Assembly (NCBI RefSeq): GCF_902459465.1
Contig: NC_047081.1
Location: 11,119,298-11,162,000, forward strand
Length of the DNA stretch: 42,703 nucleotides
Direction of reading: 5' to 3'
Source of the DNA: Asterias rubens
Lineage: Eukaryota
Shown in pieces: positions 20,301 through 32,699 of this stretch (position 1 is its first letter; each line of letters starts with the position of its first letter). The notes under the pieces are model-generated. The model searched no databases, was not told the origin of the DNA, and worked only from the letters and a program-made list of their open reading frames with translations. Made by a program: the position numbers and the translations under genes.

Positions 20301-23300
20301 ATTGTGAACTCTGCTGTGTGTGTGAGCTTCGGTTTTCATGATTTTTTATTTTATTTTTGTTTTTGTTTTTTTTCCAGAAAAAGCTGAGGCTGTTGCTCAG
20401 CACCATGATGCTGTTTCGTAAGTTTATCTTCAAATGTTTACTCAGATTAGATTTCTCTGATGTCTCCTTTTTAGGGAGTGTCTTTAAAGAATTTAATTAT
20501 TTTTTAAAATTTTAGTGGTACTTCAAAACAGCATGTTGCTGATGACTATGCTGAGAGGCTCTACATTGGCCGCACTCAATGCAAGGTAAGTTAAATTGAA
20601 TTAAATGAAACGAAATATTCAAACTAATTATTTAAATTTATTTTAGATGTTGCAACACTTTTGTTCTTCATAATATTGATGTTAATTTAACCTTCCTACT
20701 TTCAGTCACAATTGTTTAAAGGTAGAATACAAAAATGGTTTTTGGCAACAAAATGCTGATTTATTGGCATAATTATACAGAAAGGTACAGTAGAAGTCAC
20801 ATGTGCAAGTTTCAACTGAATGTTGCCAAGAAAACTGCAAACAACTGTTTTGGTATTTTCCGTGAATCTATCCACGTTTAGTGAGGAGACACAGTTATCC
20901 AACCCCATTTTTGGCTTTAGCATTTAGACACCAATCCTCAGAAATTTGAGTTACTGTTTTGTGGTGAAAATTTGTTCAAACCATGTTTGCTTCGAAAGGA
21001 ATAAATTCTCAAAATAGTCTATACTATCAACAGCTGCAGTGCTTCTTACCAAACACAAATTTTAGGGTCGTTAGTTTCTGAAGTAGGTACTAGTCTATGA
21101 TGCTACCTTTACGCATGCGTATTGAAACGCAGCCTAGCGAACTTGTTCATTCATTTCTTTGCTCTCTGTCGTCATAGAGCCTTATTGGCAGTGTTCTCGG
21201 TAACCTGATGGAGAAAAATTCCTCCGTCCCGGCACCAACGCCCGAGTTCTGTGACTATCTCAACGTCAGCGTTTGTCCTATCACGGAAAACTCGCCTGAG
21301 GTAAGCCATTGATAAGTGTGTCATAATTCTATATTTAAGACACTGAACACTATTGTTAATTGTCAAAGACCAGTCTGCTCACTGGGTGTATCTCAACATA
21401 TGCATAAAATTACAAACCTGTGAAAATTTTAGCTCAATTAGCTGCGAAGTTGCGAGATATCAATGAAAGAAAAAACAACCTTGTCACACAAAGTTGTGTG
21501 CTTTCAGATGAATTCTGAGGTCTCGAAATCAAATTCGTGGAAATTTACTTCTTTCTCGAAAACTACGTTACTTCAGAGGGAGCCGTTTTTTCAAAATGTT
21601 TTATACTATCAACCTCTCCCCATTACTTGTTACCAAGTAAGGTTTTATGCTAACAGTTATCTTGAGTAGTTACCTATAGTGTCTAGTGCCTTTAAAAACC
21701 GCTTCACATATACTGGCTCCAACGATTTCCAGAAGTCCATTAATAATAATAATAAAGACTTGTAATGCGCACATATCCACCCTGCTGGGTGTTCAAAGCG
21801 CAGTAAAACTAAAAACAAAATGAAAGAAAACCAGACACAAAATTAAACCTGTGACATAAGATAAGTTTTGAGAAGAGATTTGAACTTTGTGGTACAAAGA
21901 CAAGATCTGAGATTAAGTGGTAGAGATTTCTCGATGCGTGGTGCAGCTGAAGAAAAAGACCTGTCACCTTAGGAGTGTCGAGACTTGGGTTCAATGAGCA
22001 TGGAACTTGCTTGTCTTTGATGGTGTACATCCTTCTTTTTTCTCCATATTTGTTCGTAAGGACACGGGGGTCGCACCAAAATTGATGTGTTTTGTTTGGC
22101 CATGACGCCATAGATCACATTGTCTATTAAATAATAATAATTAAATATGATTATTAAATCATCAAAATGGTTTAAGAATTGATTAATGGGGTTAATTTGA
22201 TATTAATCTTTGCCTTTTTTGGTTGTTCTTTCAGTTTACTGTAACCGCGTATAACCCTCTGGCACGAGCAGTGACAACAATTGTACGGATACCAGTGAAT
22301 TTCAACTACGCTGTAACTGGCCCAAGCGGAAAACCAGTTACAAGCCAGGTTCGTTAAAAAAGGGTTGAGGTAGCTTTGGGGTGACTAAAAGATAAAATTT
22401 ACATAATTTGATTCTGCGACCTACGGAGTAAAGTGTCAGTGCTCTACGATGGTGGTTTTTTTTATTGTTGGTCAAAATCTTGTAGATTCCAATTGTATTT
22501 CCACCCTTAGAAATTAAGTTTTCACAGTATACATATCTACATTTATGTAAGATTAAAACAATCCAATGGTTAAAAAAACCAAGGGCATACTTTGCCTTTA
22601 AATATTTACTGATAAACCACAAGGAGAACTGACTTGGTAAATATAAGTCATGTTTAGGGTATTGATAAAGTCAAATTAACCTGAACTAGTTTTTAACCTA
22701 GCTGTGACCGCTGAGTTTGCTTGCCTAGCAACTGAGCTATCTGGCCCTACGTCGGCGGTCTACGTAATCAGGGATGAGAACATTTCAGCCATTTATTTGC
22801 CTTTAAATATTTACTGATAAACCACAAGGAGAACTGACTTGGTAAATATAAGTCATGTTTAGGGTATTGATAAAGTCAAATTAACCTGAACTAGTTTTTA
22901 ACCTAGCTGTGACCGCTGAGTTTGCTTGCCTAGCAACTGAGCTATCTGGCCCTACGTCGGCGGTCTACGTAATCAGGGATGAGAACATTTCAGCCATTTA
23001 TTTGCCTTTAAATATTTACTGATAAACCACAAGGAGAACTGACTTGGTAAATATAAGTCATGTTTAGGGTATTGATAAAGTCAAATTAACCTGAACTAGT
23101 TTTTAACCTAGCTGTGACCGCTGAGTTTGCTTGCCTAGCAACTGAGCTATCTGGCCCTACGTCGGCGGTCTACGTAATCAGGGATGAGAACATTTCAGCC
23201 ATTTATTTGAATTAAGACTTTAAAGTCTGCCTGGTAAACAAAAATGCTGTATTTGTCCAAAAATAAAATAAATCCTGCTCTTTATCTACTCTAGCTCCGA

Positions 23301-26300
23301 GGAAGCTACTCCCAAAAGCTCCTTGGAATCTATAACTCCAGGGGTTACCAAAAGGTGGAAATGTGATCATTTCAATGTACATTCTAAGATCTGGATCCCA
23401 GGTTCAGACTTTTTTGTCAGCAATGACTCTCATCCCTGTCGTATACAGCCTTACTCTGCCTTCTTTCTGTTTTGTGGATATAATTCTCACAGTTGCAAGA
23501 CGTTTCAATGGGAACTAAAGAAGTCAGGAGATCCCATGGCAACGCATCCAAGGAGTTGATTTTCCCGATCACTGTACCTCAACTTGGCTTCAGTAACTAC
23601 GTCCTCAAAGTCTTGCAGAAAGGTAAAACTATCGTTTCAAAACAAAAAATAATCGGGAGACTTTCTGGGACGATAGAGGGCAGCAGACTTACCGGGTAAA
23701 TCCATTGTTCTCAGAATTATGCGCATGTTCAGAACTACGTAAACAATGGGAATTTACCCGGTATGTCTGCTGCCGCCTAGCGTTGGAAAGTCTCCTATTA
23801 TGTATGAAAGGTTAATGTATCAATGTAAAAGAGGAGCAAGCTCAATCAATTAGAAACTTTGTTCTCTGATGTTTGCCGTGCATCGTGTGCAACGGCCTTT
23901 TAGGGAGCATCTCAAACAGTTGGAACGGTAAAAATGCTCTTGTTGGATCGTTTTAAAGGTCCAGACTGACATAGGGACCGTTCCATGGGACTGCAGGAAC
24001 ATTCCATTGGAATACTCAAGCTTTTAGTACATGTATTCACTTGTGTAGTTTTGCTATCGTACTTAATGCATTTAATGTATTCAATAAGCACAGTGATGCA
24101 GTCCAGCGTGACCTTCTGGCACCCAATGGATTGTGGGTGCGTGCCCACGGGAATGTTCTTTTTTTACTGGACGTACCTGACTTTTGAGACCCTCCCTTTT
24201 TACTAAAAAACAGAAGATTTGTGGAAGTTTGAAGCTCCATTTTTTTCCTCAGAAAATTAACAAAATTTCTTTTGATGTTTGTGCTCAACAGGGGAAGCCA
24301 AGACATCAATTCTTCCTAAAGTGTACAAACCTCAGTCGGATGAAGTGATTGAAAACCAGGTAGGATACAATAGATGTTAATTTTTGTAATTGGGGATAAA
24401 GAATATAATTTTTTTTACTCTTACAGGGATGTGTATTAACCACTGTATACCAAAATGTAAGCTGTTGGAATGCTAAAGGTTTTTTAATGTTAAACATCTT
24501 TGCCCGAACAGTTTCTCAGTCTGACGTTTGACGGTAGTACAGGACTTTTGAAGTCGATGACAGACAAGAGGACCAAGTCATCCATAGCGGTATCGCAGTC
24601 TTTCCACTGGTACGAGAGCAGCACAGGAACATTTCTTTTCTCTCAGGCGTCAGGGGCCTATATCTTTAGGCCGACCCATCCCACTCCAAAGCCGTTGTTT
24701 GACGGCACGTCTGTTGGTATGACAGTCATTAAGGTAAGATGTCTTGTTTGTGGCAGGCTTGGTATTTTTCCTACCTAAGTCTGTTTTCCGATATGTTTTT
24801 CCTTGGATAGATTAGAAAAAAATGCTTTTAATAAAGCCTGAAAAGTCTATTAAAGCCTATACTGTGTGTTCTTGTAAGTAAGCGTGTACTTGATGAAATG
24901 TTCTTACTTTTTTCCAAGGACCAAAAAATAAACATATCTCCTTCTCAAGCTCACTGCACAACATCTCCCTTCTACAGCAGCAACTGAAGACACACCTGTT
25001 TACACTTTCTTTTACCAACCACTTGAGAATTCCCTCTTTTTCCATCTTGACCGGCGCCTTTGAATGATTTTATATTAGATTCAGTGTGTCTTTACAATGT
25101 TATAATTATTAACTATTATTTGGTTCTTAACTGCAACTGTCTTTTTCATTTTTTTTTTGTCTTAACAATTAACAGGGTCCTGTTGTAACAGAAGTACGGC
25201 AGCAGTTTCAGCCATGGTTGAGTCAGGTTATCAGACTTTACCCCAACAAGGAGTTTGCTGAGTTTGAATGGACCGTCGGTCCGATTCCATACAAGTGAGT
25301 TAGGGAAGTGACATTTCAAAAAGTAAACAAAATTTTAAAATTAATCTCTCTTTTTTTTTAGAGAGCACCAAAATTAAGGGAAGTGTTTCTGTCCTAATTA
25401 TTTTGTTTCTTTACTTTTTCTTTACACAAACTTGGTTTGTTTGTAAGGTTACCTTATTAAGTTTTGTTTGGTTTTGTGCTATAAAAAAAAGTTCAAACAG
25501 TTAGTTTCACAAAATTACATTTGGCTTGGCAATTAAGGTGACTTCTTTTTTTATTTTAAATCTTCCTGCTAATTCTGTATGTGGTAGGGCCTGTTCTTGC
25601 TTAATTTTACCAGTTGTAACTTGGCTTTGTACAAAAAATTTGAGAGCATTTTTTTTAAAGCCTAACAAGCAGGGAACCAGTCAAAATAATAATCTATTTG
25701 TATATAGCGCTTTATCACAGCCCGAAGGGCATCTCAAAGTGCTTCCAGCATTATTACCCCTGGTCATTGGGCCTTAAATCATTCCTTAAACCATCTCAGC
25801 TCCCTGGGGAGTATACAGCCGGTGCTGCGAGTTACCACGCTCAAAGCTAATCATTCACATAAACCATTTCTTCCCTCGCAAGTACCCATTTTACCCCTGG
25901 GTAGAGAGAAGCAATGGTTAAGTGTCTTGCTCAAGGACACAAGTGTCACAACCGGGATTCAAACCCAAAATACTAGTCCATGTCATGACATCTCTATACC
26001 ATTGATTTGTTTGTTTACCAGGGATGGAATAGGGAGGGAGATCATCACACGATTCGACACGGATCTAAAGACAAACAGTACATTTTACACCGATGCTAAT
26101 GGCCGACAGATGCTCAAGAGAATGTGAGTTTTGAAGGGCATATGGGACTAAATTTAATAAATTTTCATAAACTGGTCATTATTTTCTTTTCCTCATTTAA
26201 ATTTTTAGAGATCTCATTATTGTTTAAAGATGGCTTTTATATCTTTGTTTGTTGTAGCCTTAATCACCGTGCTGACTGGGTGTACGTCAATTCAGACCCA

Positions 26301-29300
26301 ACGTCTGGGAACTATTATCCAATCAACAGCCGAGCCTACATCAAGGTAAAAACTTGTCACTCATTGATGATCGCAGAAATGACTGCACTGGGCAGTGACG
26401 TCATGTGCACAACGTTTACTCCATATCTGACTAAAAATGTTGATATATTTCACAGGATGATACGAAGCAGTTGACAGTCTTGACTGATAGATCCCTCGGA
26501 GGAAGCAGCCTTAAGGATGGATCCTTGGAAATTATGGTACAATACAATAAAACTTTGTTGTCCCTGCAAGGGAAATTCCTCTGGTAATGACAAAATGAAC
26601 CAATCCTCTTGTTTAATTAACCCTTTAGAGACCATAGCGGCCACACACGTCTTGTACCAAAATGCTTATATAGGGGACACAAGCAGTTAGACATAATACT
26701 TCCCTTCACATAAAGAGGCCAAAGTAATCCAGTGTTCAGATATAATTTTTTCCAATGCAGTATGGTACTTAGTATCAATTTCTTAAAGTCAAGACTAAAC
26801 TTTTGTTTCATGCTATTTCTGTTGACATTTTCACTGACAAAATGTGATTGAACCTTGTGAGTTGGATGATATATCATGCAAAAATAATAACAATAAATAA
26901 AACCATTTTTGATTCTCTATTTTGACCCAAGGTCCAAAGGCGCACCCAGCATGACGACAGTCGAGGTGTGGGTGAGCCCCTGAATGAGACCGGACAGTTT
27001 GGTGACGGGATCATTGTGCGGGGTAAGCACAGCGTCCTCTTTACCTCTGTAGCCACGGCAGCCGCAGCCCACAGGACCCTAGGGGAGGAAATCTTCATGG
27101 CACCCTCGTTGTCATTTTCAAAATGGCAACCAGACTGGGCAACTAAGTTTAACACAATGGTGAGTTTAGACTCAGAGTTGTCCAGAAGCGCCGGCGATTT
27201 CAACGGCTATTGTGTCCTTTTGCTGCCTGTTTTTTTGAACTTTTTTTTGGTTACCCCAGTGGAAGTTTTGTCTATGATTTATAGAAAAAGCAAACTTTAA
27301 GCAACTCTATTAAATTGCCCCTTTGTAAGACACTTTGATTGTAAGTTTAAAAGCGGCTAATAAATGCCTCTATTATTGTTAATATTAGTATTAAATAATA
27401 AACAACAATTTAAAAATTCATTTAATTAAATGTTAACAATATTTACTAATTTTTTGTTATAATGAGGATTTTCATATACACTCAGTTTCTTTTGATGATT
27501 CTTTAAAAAATTTCCGTATCACAAAGTCTGAGACTTGGTGTAAAGTTGGAACTGAAGCACTATGCTATTATGAAGTCTTGAATTGAATTGAATTTAATTG
27601 AATTTTTATTTTGCAGAAGTCAATGGTGTCTGCCTCTCTTCCATCCAACGTACATCTTCTAACATTGGAGGAATGGACAGGAGACACTGTGCTGATCCGT
27701 GTAGAACATCAGTTTGAAATCGGCGAAGATCCAACACTCTCGCAAAAAGTCAAAATCCAGCTCAAGGTATGGCATGTAATGGATATTTAAATAAACTGTG
27801 TATAGACCGTATTGAATATGACGTCACTGTTCAAATATCTGCCATACAAATATGGCGTGTGTGCGTGTGCGTTGTCTGTTCATGTGCCGTAGAAATCAAA
27901 CCGAGAATGCTGCGTGCTTTATTGATATACGCCTTTGGACACGTATATGGTTTGCCCTACAAGATTGCGCTTTTCATAGCAAAAAAGGGAATATTCAGTA
28001 TGGTCTGTTGATCATTGAGAAATTTTGAGTGTGATTTGAACCTGCGACCTCCGATTTAAAATGCTGGTGCTTTACCAACTGAGCTAGCTAGCCTTAATGT
28101 TTGCAGTCTCCCTACTTTGTCAATAAAGTCTACGGTGCCAGCCATAAGCAATTCAGTGGTGTAGCCAGGTATCACACCCAAATTTAGGATACAACCTGAG
28201 CGGCAACAGAGGGATCACCTGAAGGGGATGCAACTTCTTTTATTTAAAATACCAAGTAATATACCGCGAGGAAAACTGACTAAGTAAATTTAAAATAACT
28301 GTTGGGTAACAAAGAATAAATCTACTGAAGTGGAATTTGAACCTGCGACCTCCGGATTTACATGCTGGCACTCTACAGCTGAGCTTTCTAGCCTAATGTT
28401 GGCAGCCTCTCTATTTCAATATTGTCTGAAAACGCGGCTGTTTTTTCTTTCATTATTTTCTTTAGACTTCGATGACCAATTGAGCCCCGATTTTCACAGA
28501 TTTGTTGTTTTATGCGTATGTAAGGATGCACCAAGGAGGATACCTGTCTTTGACAATGACAGACTTTTGGGGCGCTTGGTGGCAGCAGACTTACCAGGTA
28601 AAATCCATTGTTCTCACTAATGTGCGCATGCTCAGAACTACGTAAACAATGGAAATTTACCTGGTAAGTCTGCTGCCACCTAGTGTTCCAAAGTCTCCCA
28701 CTACCAAAAGAACACCTTTAGAAAACAAGTGCAATCTTTTATATTTTTTTATTCAGAGCTTATTTCAGCCGTTTGGTTTCACCAGTCTTAAAGAGGTGAC
28801 GCTATCGGCAAACGAGGCACTCAGTGATGAAAAACGCCTACAATGGAACATCAACGATAGCCCTATGCCTACTCCGCCAGGTATGTATAAGGGACGGTCG
28901 GGTTGGTGTGTAGTGGTATCTTACCTCACCTTTCATCACCTCTGGGACCCTGGTTCGAATCCTGCTAAATAACAATAATAATAAGACATTTGTAAAGAGC
29001 CTAATGCGAGAAGCCTCTAAGCGCATAAAGAGAACAATAAAGTATACAATTAGAGAAAGCTACAAATTACAAATAAGCAAAATGACATATTAAATTTTGT
29101 GATGGAATTATTTTCCAATCGATAGAATCCTCGTGTGAGTGGGGAAAAAAGTACAAGTCTCTAATCTTCAACTAAAATTAAACTATACTTAAGTATGATC
29201 ATGAATACATTGATGATTATTATTCCTTTTTTTCACAGCTGTCAAGCCTGATCCCGTACCCTCATCAACGTTGACTGTTTCTCTGACACCAATGCAGATA

Positions 29301-29336
29301 AGAACCTTTGTCGCAACCATCAAAAGGACAAACTAA
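14310..29336 (+). CDS. MAN2B1: Lysosomal alpha-mannosidase (GH38), 993 aa, 24 exons
   Basis: Exons 14310-14396, 14926-15028, 15836-16009, 16271-16464, 16711-16914, 18023-18094, 18758-18874, 19238-19438, 19883-19955, 20378-20417, 20516-20585, 21178-21300, 22235-22348, 23493-23622, 24292-24359, 24512-24733, 25176-25294, 26022-26123, 26258-26345, 26456-26536, 26932-27159, 27617-27766, 28757-28880, 29239-29336. All are GT-AG and phase-consistent, totalling 2982 nt. Signal peptide and catalytic/Zn motifs are intact: [47 protein letters not shown]-terminal LTPMQIRTF. Confidence 0.97.
15276..15431. mobile_element. MITE with ATAGACC...GGTCTAT termini
   Basis: Perfect 18-bp inverted repeat CATAGACCTTTTCGCAAA / TTTGCGAAAAGGTCTATG. 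Confidence 0.8.
15594..15777. mobile_element. MITE (GGCCCAATTTCATAGAGCTGC family)
   Basis: Imperfect inverted termini. Relatives lie at 30291-30479, about 41345-41523 and 6994-7125. Confidence 0.75.
17800..17958. mobile_element. Kolobok-type MITE with about 35-bp TIRs
   Basis: TTAA|AGGAACACGTTGCCTTGGATCGGTCGAGTTGGTCT ... AGACCAACTCGTCCGATCCAAGGCAACGTGTTCCT|(T)TTAA. Confidence 0.8.
18476..18672. repeat. Direct-repeat cassette: 27-bp outer repeats enclosing two 69-bp-period inner repeats
   Basis: CCGGTGTTCTAAAGG(G/T)GGTAAG(C/T)CAGG at 18476 and 18646. GGCTACGTCACCCGGAAAA-containing units start at 18522 and 18591. Confidence 0.85.
19965..20188. mobile_element. MITE with ATRGACC termini
   Basis: ATGGACCTTTCCCATGAAATATG / CATATTTCATGGGAAGGGTCTAT, a 23-bp inverted pair with 2 mismatches. 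Confidence 0.75.
21339..21691. mobile_element. Full-length Kolobok-type MITE
   Basis: TTAA at 21335-21338 and 21692-21695, with degenerate TIRs GACACTGAACAC / GTGTCTAGTGCCT. Confidence 0.75.
22591..23209. repeat. Three apparently identical tandem copies of a 205-bp unit in MAN2B1 intron 13
   Basis: The unit TTTGCCTTTAAATATTTACTG...CAGCCATTTA starts at 22591, 22796 and 23001. No mismatch was seen by eye. Confidence 0.95.
23655..23796. mobile_element. GGAGACTTT...AAAGTCTCC MITE, copy B
   Basis: Near reverse complement of 8621-8762. Confidence 0.8.
25690..25970 (-). mobile_element. tRNA-derived SINE, 5'-truncated and uninterrupted
   Basis: Its reverse complement aligns to 10290-10500 plus 10650-10710. 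Confidence 0.7.
27802..28008. mobile_element. MITE with ATAGACC-type termini
   Basis: ATAGACCGTATTGAATAT / ATATTCAGTATGGTCTGT form an imperfect inverted pair. Confidence 0.6.
28030..28415 (-). mobile_element. Two tRNA-like SINE heads about 300 bp apart
   Basis: TTGAACCTGCGACCTCC...CTGAGCT...CTAGCC at about 28036 and 28338, which is the reverse complement of an A-box/B-box arrangement. Confidence 0.5.
28561..28699. mobile_element. GGAGACTTT...AAAGTCTCC MITE, copy C
   Basis: Shares its arms and CATTGTT...GCGCATG core with copies A and B. Confidence 0.75.
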
Positions 29337-29930
29337 AAAAAAAAAAATTCTGCAGTAATGAAACAGTAAAATGGAAGGTTTTTGGTTTAAAAGCATTTTC
29401 TCAAATTGTCCACGTTATCTTGTCAAAGCATTACTAGTGATAAGCCCAGTTTATACTTCCTGCAAAAGCAAATATGATACAAATTTTGCCGTCACATATT
29501 CACAATGAATAATTCTGAAGAATTGGAGTGTGAAACATTCGCTGCGAAAATAGGGCTGTGTGCTGGAAGTCAAAATTTGTATCATTTGCATTCGTAGGAA
29601 GTGTGAGCCAGGCTTTATTGTGTATTTGCAGCTGCTTATAAATTGTCTATTGTTTTTAAGTACCACTAAAAATCTTTCCTGGAAACACTTTGCTAACTTA
29701 CTTCTGTTTTCATACTACGCATGTTTTGTTAAACAAAACAAATGGTAATATATTGTTATGTCATTAATGGTCTTCTGTTAGTTCACCTAAACAAAATTCC
29801 TTGAAAAAGTTATCAGCTTTTCTTTGCATGTTTTGTTAAGAAAACACAACATCCACTAAAACTTTCTTGTCTTCTGTATTCTTCAAAGGAAAATCATGTT
29901 TTAAAGTGAAGGAACAATGTGTGGTGAAGA

Positions 29931-30051
29931 GGTTTTCAACTAGTGGTTTCAACCCGCACAGAGGCCTGGACTTGATCATTTTACTGAGACGAAGTCAAGG
30001 TCAATTATCAAGAACCAGGCCTCAGCGGGTTTAAACCACTAGTTGAAAACC
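29931..30051. mobile_element. MITE with perfect 19-bp TIRs downstream of the MAN2B1 stop
   Basis: GGTTTTCAACTAGTGGTTT / AAACCACTAGTTGAAAACC. Confidence 0.8.
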
Positions 30052-32397
30052 GATTTCTGAAGTTTTTTAGTTTAGAACTTATTTATGACTTTGTTTAAAT
30101 GTCATCGATCTTTAAAAGAAGTAGAATTAGGTAGAAATTATTTGTTTTAGAACAAGTTTTAATACTGAAAGAAGATTTTCAAAATCCTGTCTTCATGAAT
30201 ATTGATATCCATTGTTATTAACAAAAAGGGACTACCATAGTAGTTCATTTGAGATAAGACTGGTCTTAACTCTTTGTGAAATCCACCCCAGGCCCCAATT
30301 TCATAGAGCTGCTAAGCACAAAAAGTAGCTTGGCACAACAAAGTTATGCTGACCGGATTTAAGTTACCAGCTAGAATATTATATCACATGTACAATTTGG
30401 CTGGTATTCTGCTTGTTTTTGCTTAGCAGAATATTGTTTAAGCATCATCTCTTCTTAAAGAACTATGAAATTGGGCCCAGGGCTAATACTGTTGCAGCAC
30501 CAAATGTGTCAGCATTTGATGGATTTCTTTTTTCGAGAAGCCATTGTCACTTAATATTGTTTTATTACTAACAGTGTGAGGAATAATTTATGCTTTAACA
30601 TTTCAATTCAGTGTTGATATTTTTTGTTATTAAACAGAGTTCAAAGAACTTTAATGGGTTGAATACTTTATGCAATCGTGTTGTAGTGTACATTTCATTG
30701 ATGCATTGTCTTTTATGTGTGACACAATATGCTAGCCAGTGGTGTTAAAAGATTAGGGCAAGAGGCCCCGAAAAGAAAATAATAATTTTGTCCCCATTTT
30801 TTTTTTAAAGATCATTAAAATAGTTTTCAAATGTTCACTCTCGAAAGTCATTTCACTTTCACCCGAAACGTGTGATGTTTTTTTTCTTCAAATGCCACCA
30901 CCCCCACGGCCCTAAATCGATCGGTACGTTTCACCCATAGAAATAGGGTTTCACCTTCACCATATAAAGTGGGGTCTTTCTCTATGATGATACAAAGTGG
31001 ATTGGACCATCCCAAATGGGGCTTTAGGTATGGATGAGGGAGATGGACAATTTATTTTCAGAAACAACTGGAACACGACAATAATATTCTTCTGTTAAAA
31101 CCAACCGGCAAAAGAGCTGACCCGCTTTGGAGTTGTTACAACTTTGTATAACCTTTTCGCCTCAGAACGTCTTCTTATCTAAAACCTGTCACCGCCCCAT
31201 GGCCAACCCCCACTGATGATCACGGCAAATGACACGCCCACTTTTATTATGCTAAGTATCGCAAAAAAATTAACAGAGGCACTAAGCACGTAGCATGTAG
31301 TTGGAGTGAGTAATTGTCTTCGGTTCTCCCAAAATTTCATTTCACCTGTAAATATGTGTGGATTCATTTCGATCGAAGAAGAAATCTAATCAAACTGAAA
31401 AGAAAATGAAAAAATAAACAACTAAAATGCATGTTGGAATTTATTTAATAGTTGAACACGGTCTACACGTTTTGAATTATTTTGTTGTACATGTTGATAT
31501 TGCTAAACATAGAAATTTTCAAGACGTGTCAAAGACTACCATTACGTGGAAGCGGCCAGGATTTCTACCTTATTTTCACACATTTCAGAATTTTCAAGTA
31601 AGTATTTGAATCATTTATGTTAAACAATATATACCTCATCCCTCTGTGTTATCGAACTGTTTAAAAATGTTCATTTTGATGGTATATTTCGTCAAAAACA
31701 AAGTCGCAAGAGAAATTTTCCTGTTGTCGGATTAAAAAAAAAAAGTGATTGGTAAATTCCGGCTTGCGTACTTGGCAGTCGAAAAATCACGAATCAACCA
31801 AAACGTAAAGACTGACATCTCTGATCCTAATGTCAAACTGCTTGGTGTTTTTCTCTAGGGCAATTTAACAACGTATTTACATTTCTCTACTTTAGGCTAT
31901 GACTCAAGCTTAGTTAGCCATTTTTTCTTAAACGGTTGTGTCATTTGTCATCTGGTCGTAATTCAATTGCATGATCAATTTGGTATTGTTCCAATTTGTT
32001 TGGATCGTGGCTGACAAGTGACATACTGACAGTGGACATTTTGTGGATGGTCAAGCATGACTTACAATATAGTGCTAACTTTGCAAAAAGGGCAGGCACT
32101 TTCATTTGAATTTCGTTTAATAAAGTCTTTATTAGGGGAGACTTTTGCACTACATCATGTACTGCAGTACATCATAGACTGCAAGACCGAGACCAGACAA
32201 CTCGTCCGTCGAACAACTCGTCCATGGTCATGGAGGTCATGCATGTACATGTACCATGGACATGATGGAGGAAGGAAGAGTGATACTGATAGTACTAGCT
32301 GCGATCCTTCCTCCATGCTCCTAAAGTCCTACTACATCTACATGTTATCTATAGTATGTACACAGGGGGTAACACACTACTTGGCTAGGTCCTAGAC

Positions 32398-32517
32398 CCA
32401 GTAACTGGGGCGCTGTATGCTCCTTTTTTTTTGCGTAATTTGTCATTATCGGTTGTACTAGCTAGGCCTATAAAATGACAAATTTCGAAAAAAGAAGTAC
32501 AGCGCACCAGTTACTGG
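32398..32517. mobile_element. Hairpin MITE
   Basis: The arm CCAGTAACTGG(G/T)GCGCTGTA...AATTTGTCATT is mirrored at both ends. Confidence 0.7.
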
Positions 32518-32523
32518 ATGTAG

Positions 32524-32699
32524 CCTGCAGCCGATTTCACGAAACTCTAGGATTAATCCTAACTCTAGTTAGGACGAGTAACCCGTCCTAATTTAGGATG
32601 GGTTTAATGCTTCCTACGTATTTGGATATGGGACTCAACTCGTCCTAAGTCCTAAGATTAATCCTAAGTTAGGAAGAGTTTGGTGAAATCGACGGCAGG
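32524..32699. mobile_element. MITE (CGATTTCAC(G/C)AAACTCT family)
   Basis: CTGCAGCCGATTTCACGAAACTCT / AGAGTTTGGTGAAATCGACGGCAG. Confidence 0.7.

Noticed and set aside
26932-26970. MAN2B1 motif VQRRTQHDD instead of the usual VHRRLLxDD, with an AAG acceptor
   Set aside because: It lies outside the catalytic and Zn residues, all of which are intact, so it is not evidence of pseudogenisation or new function.
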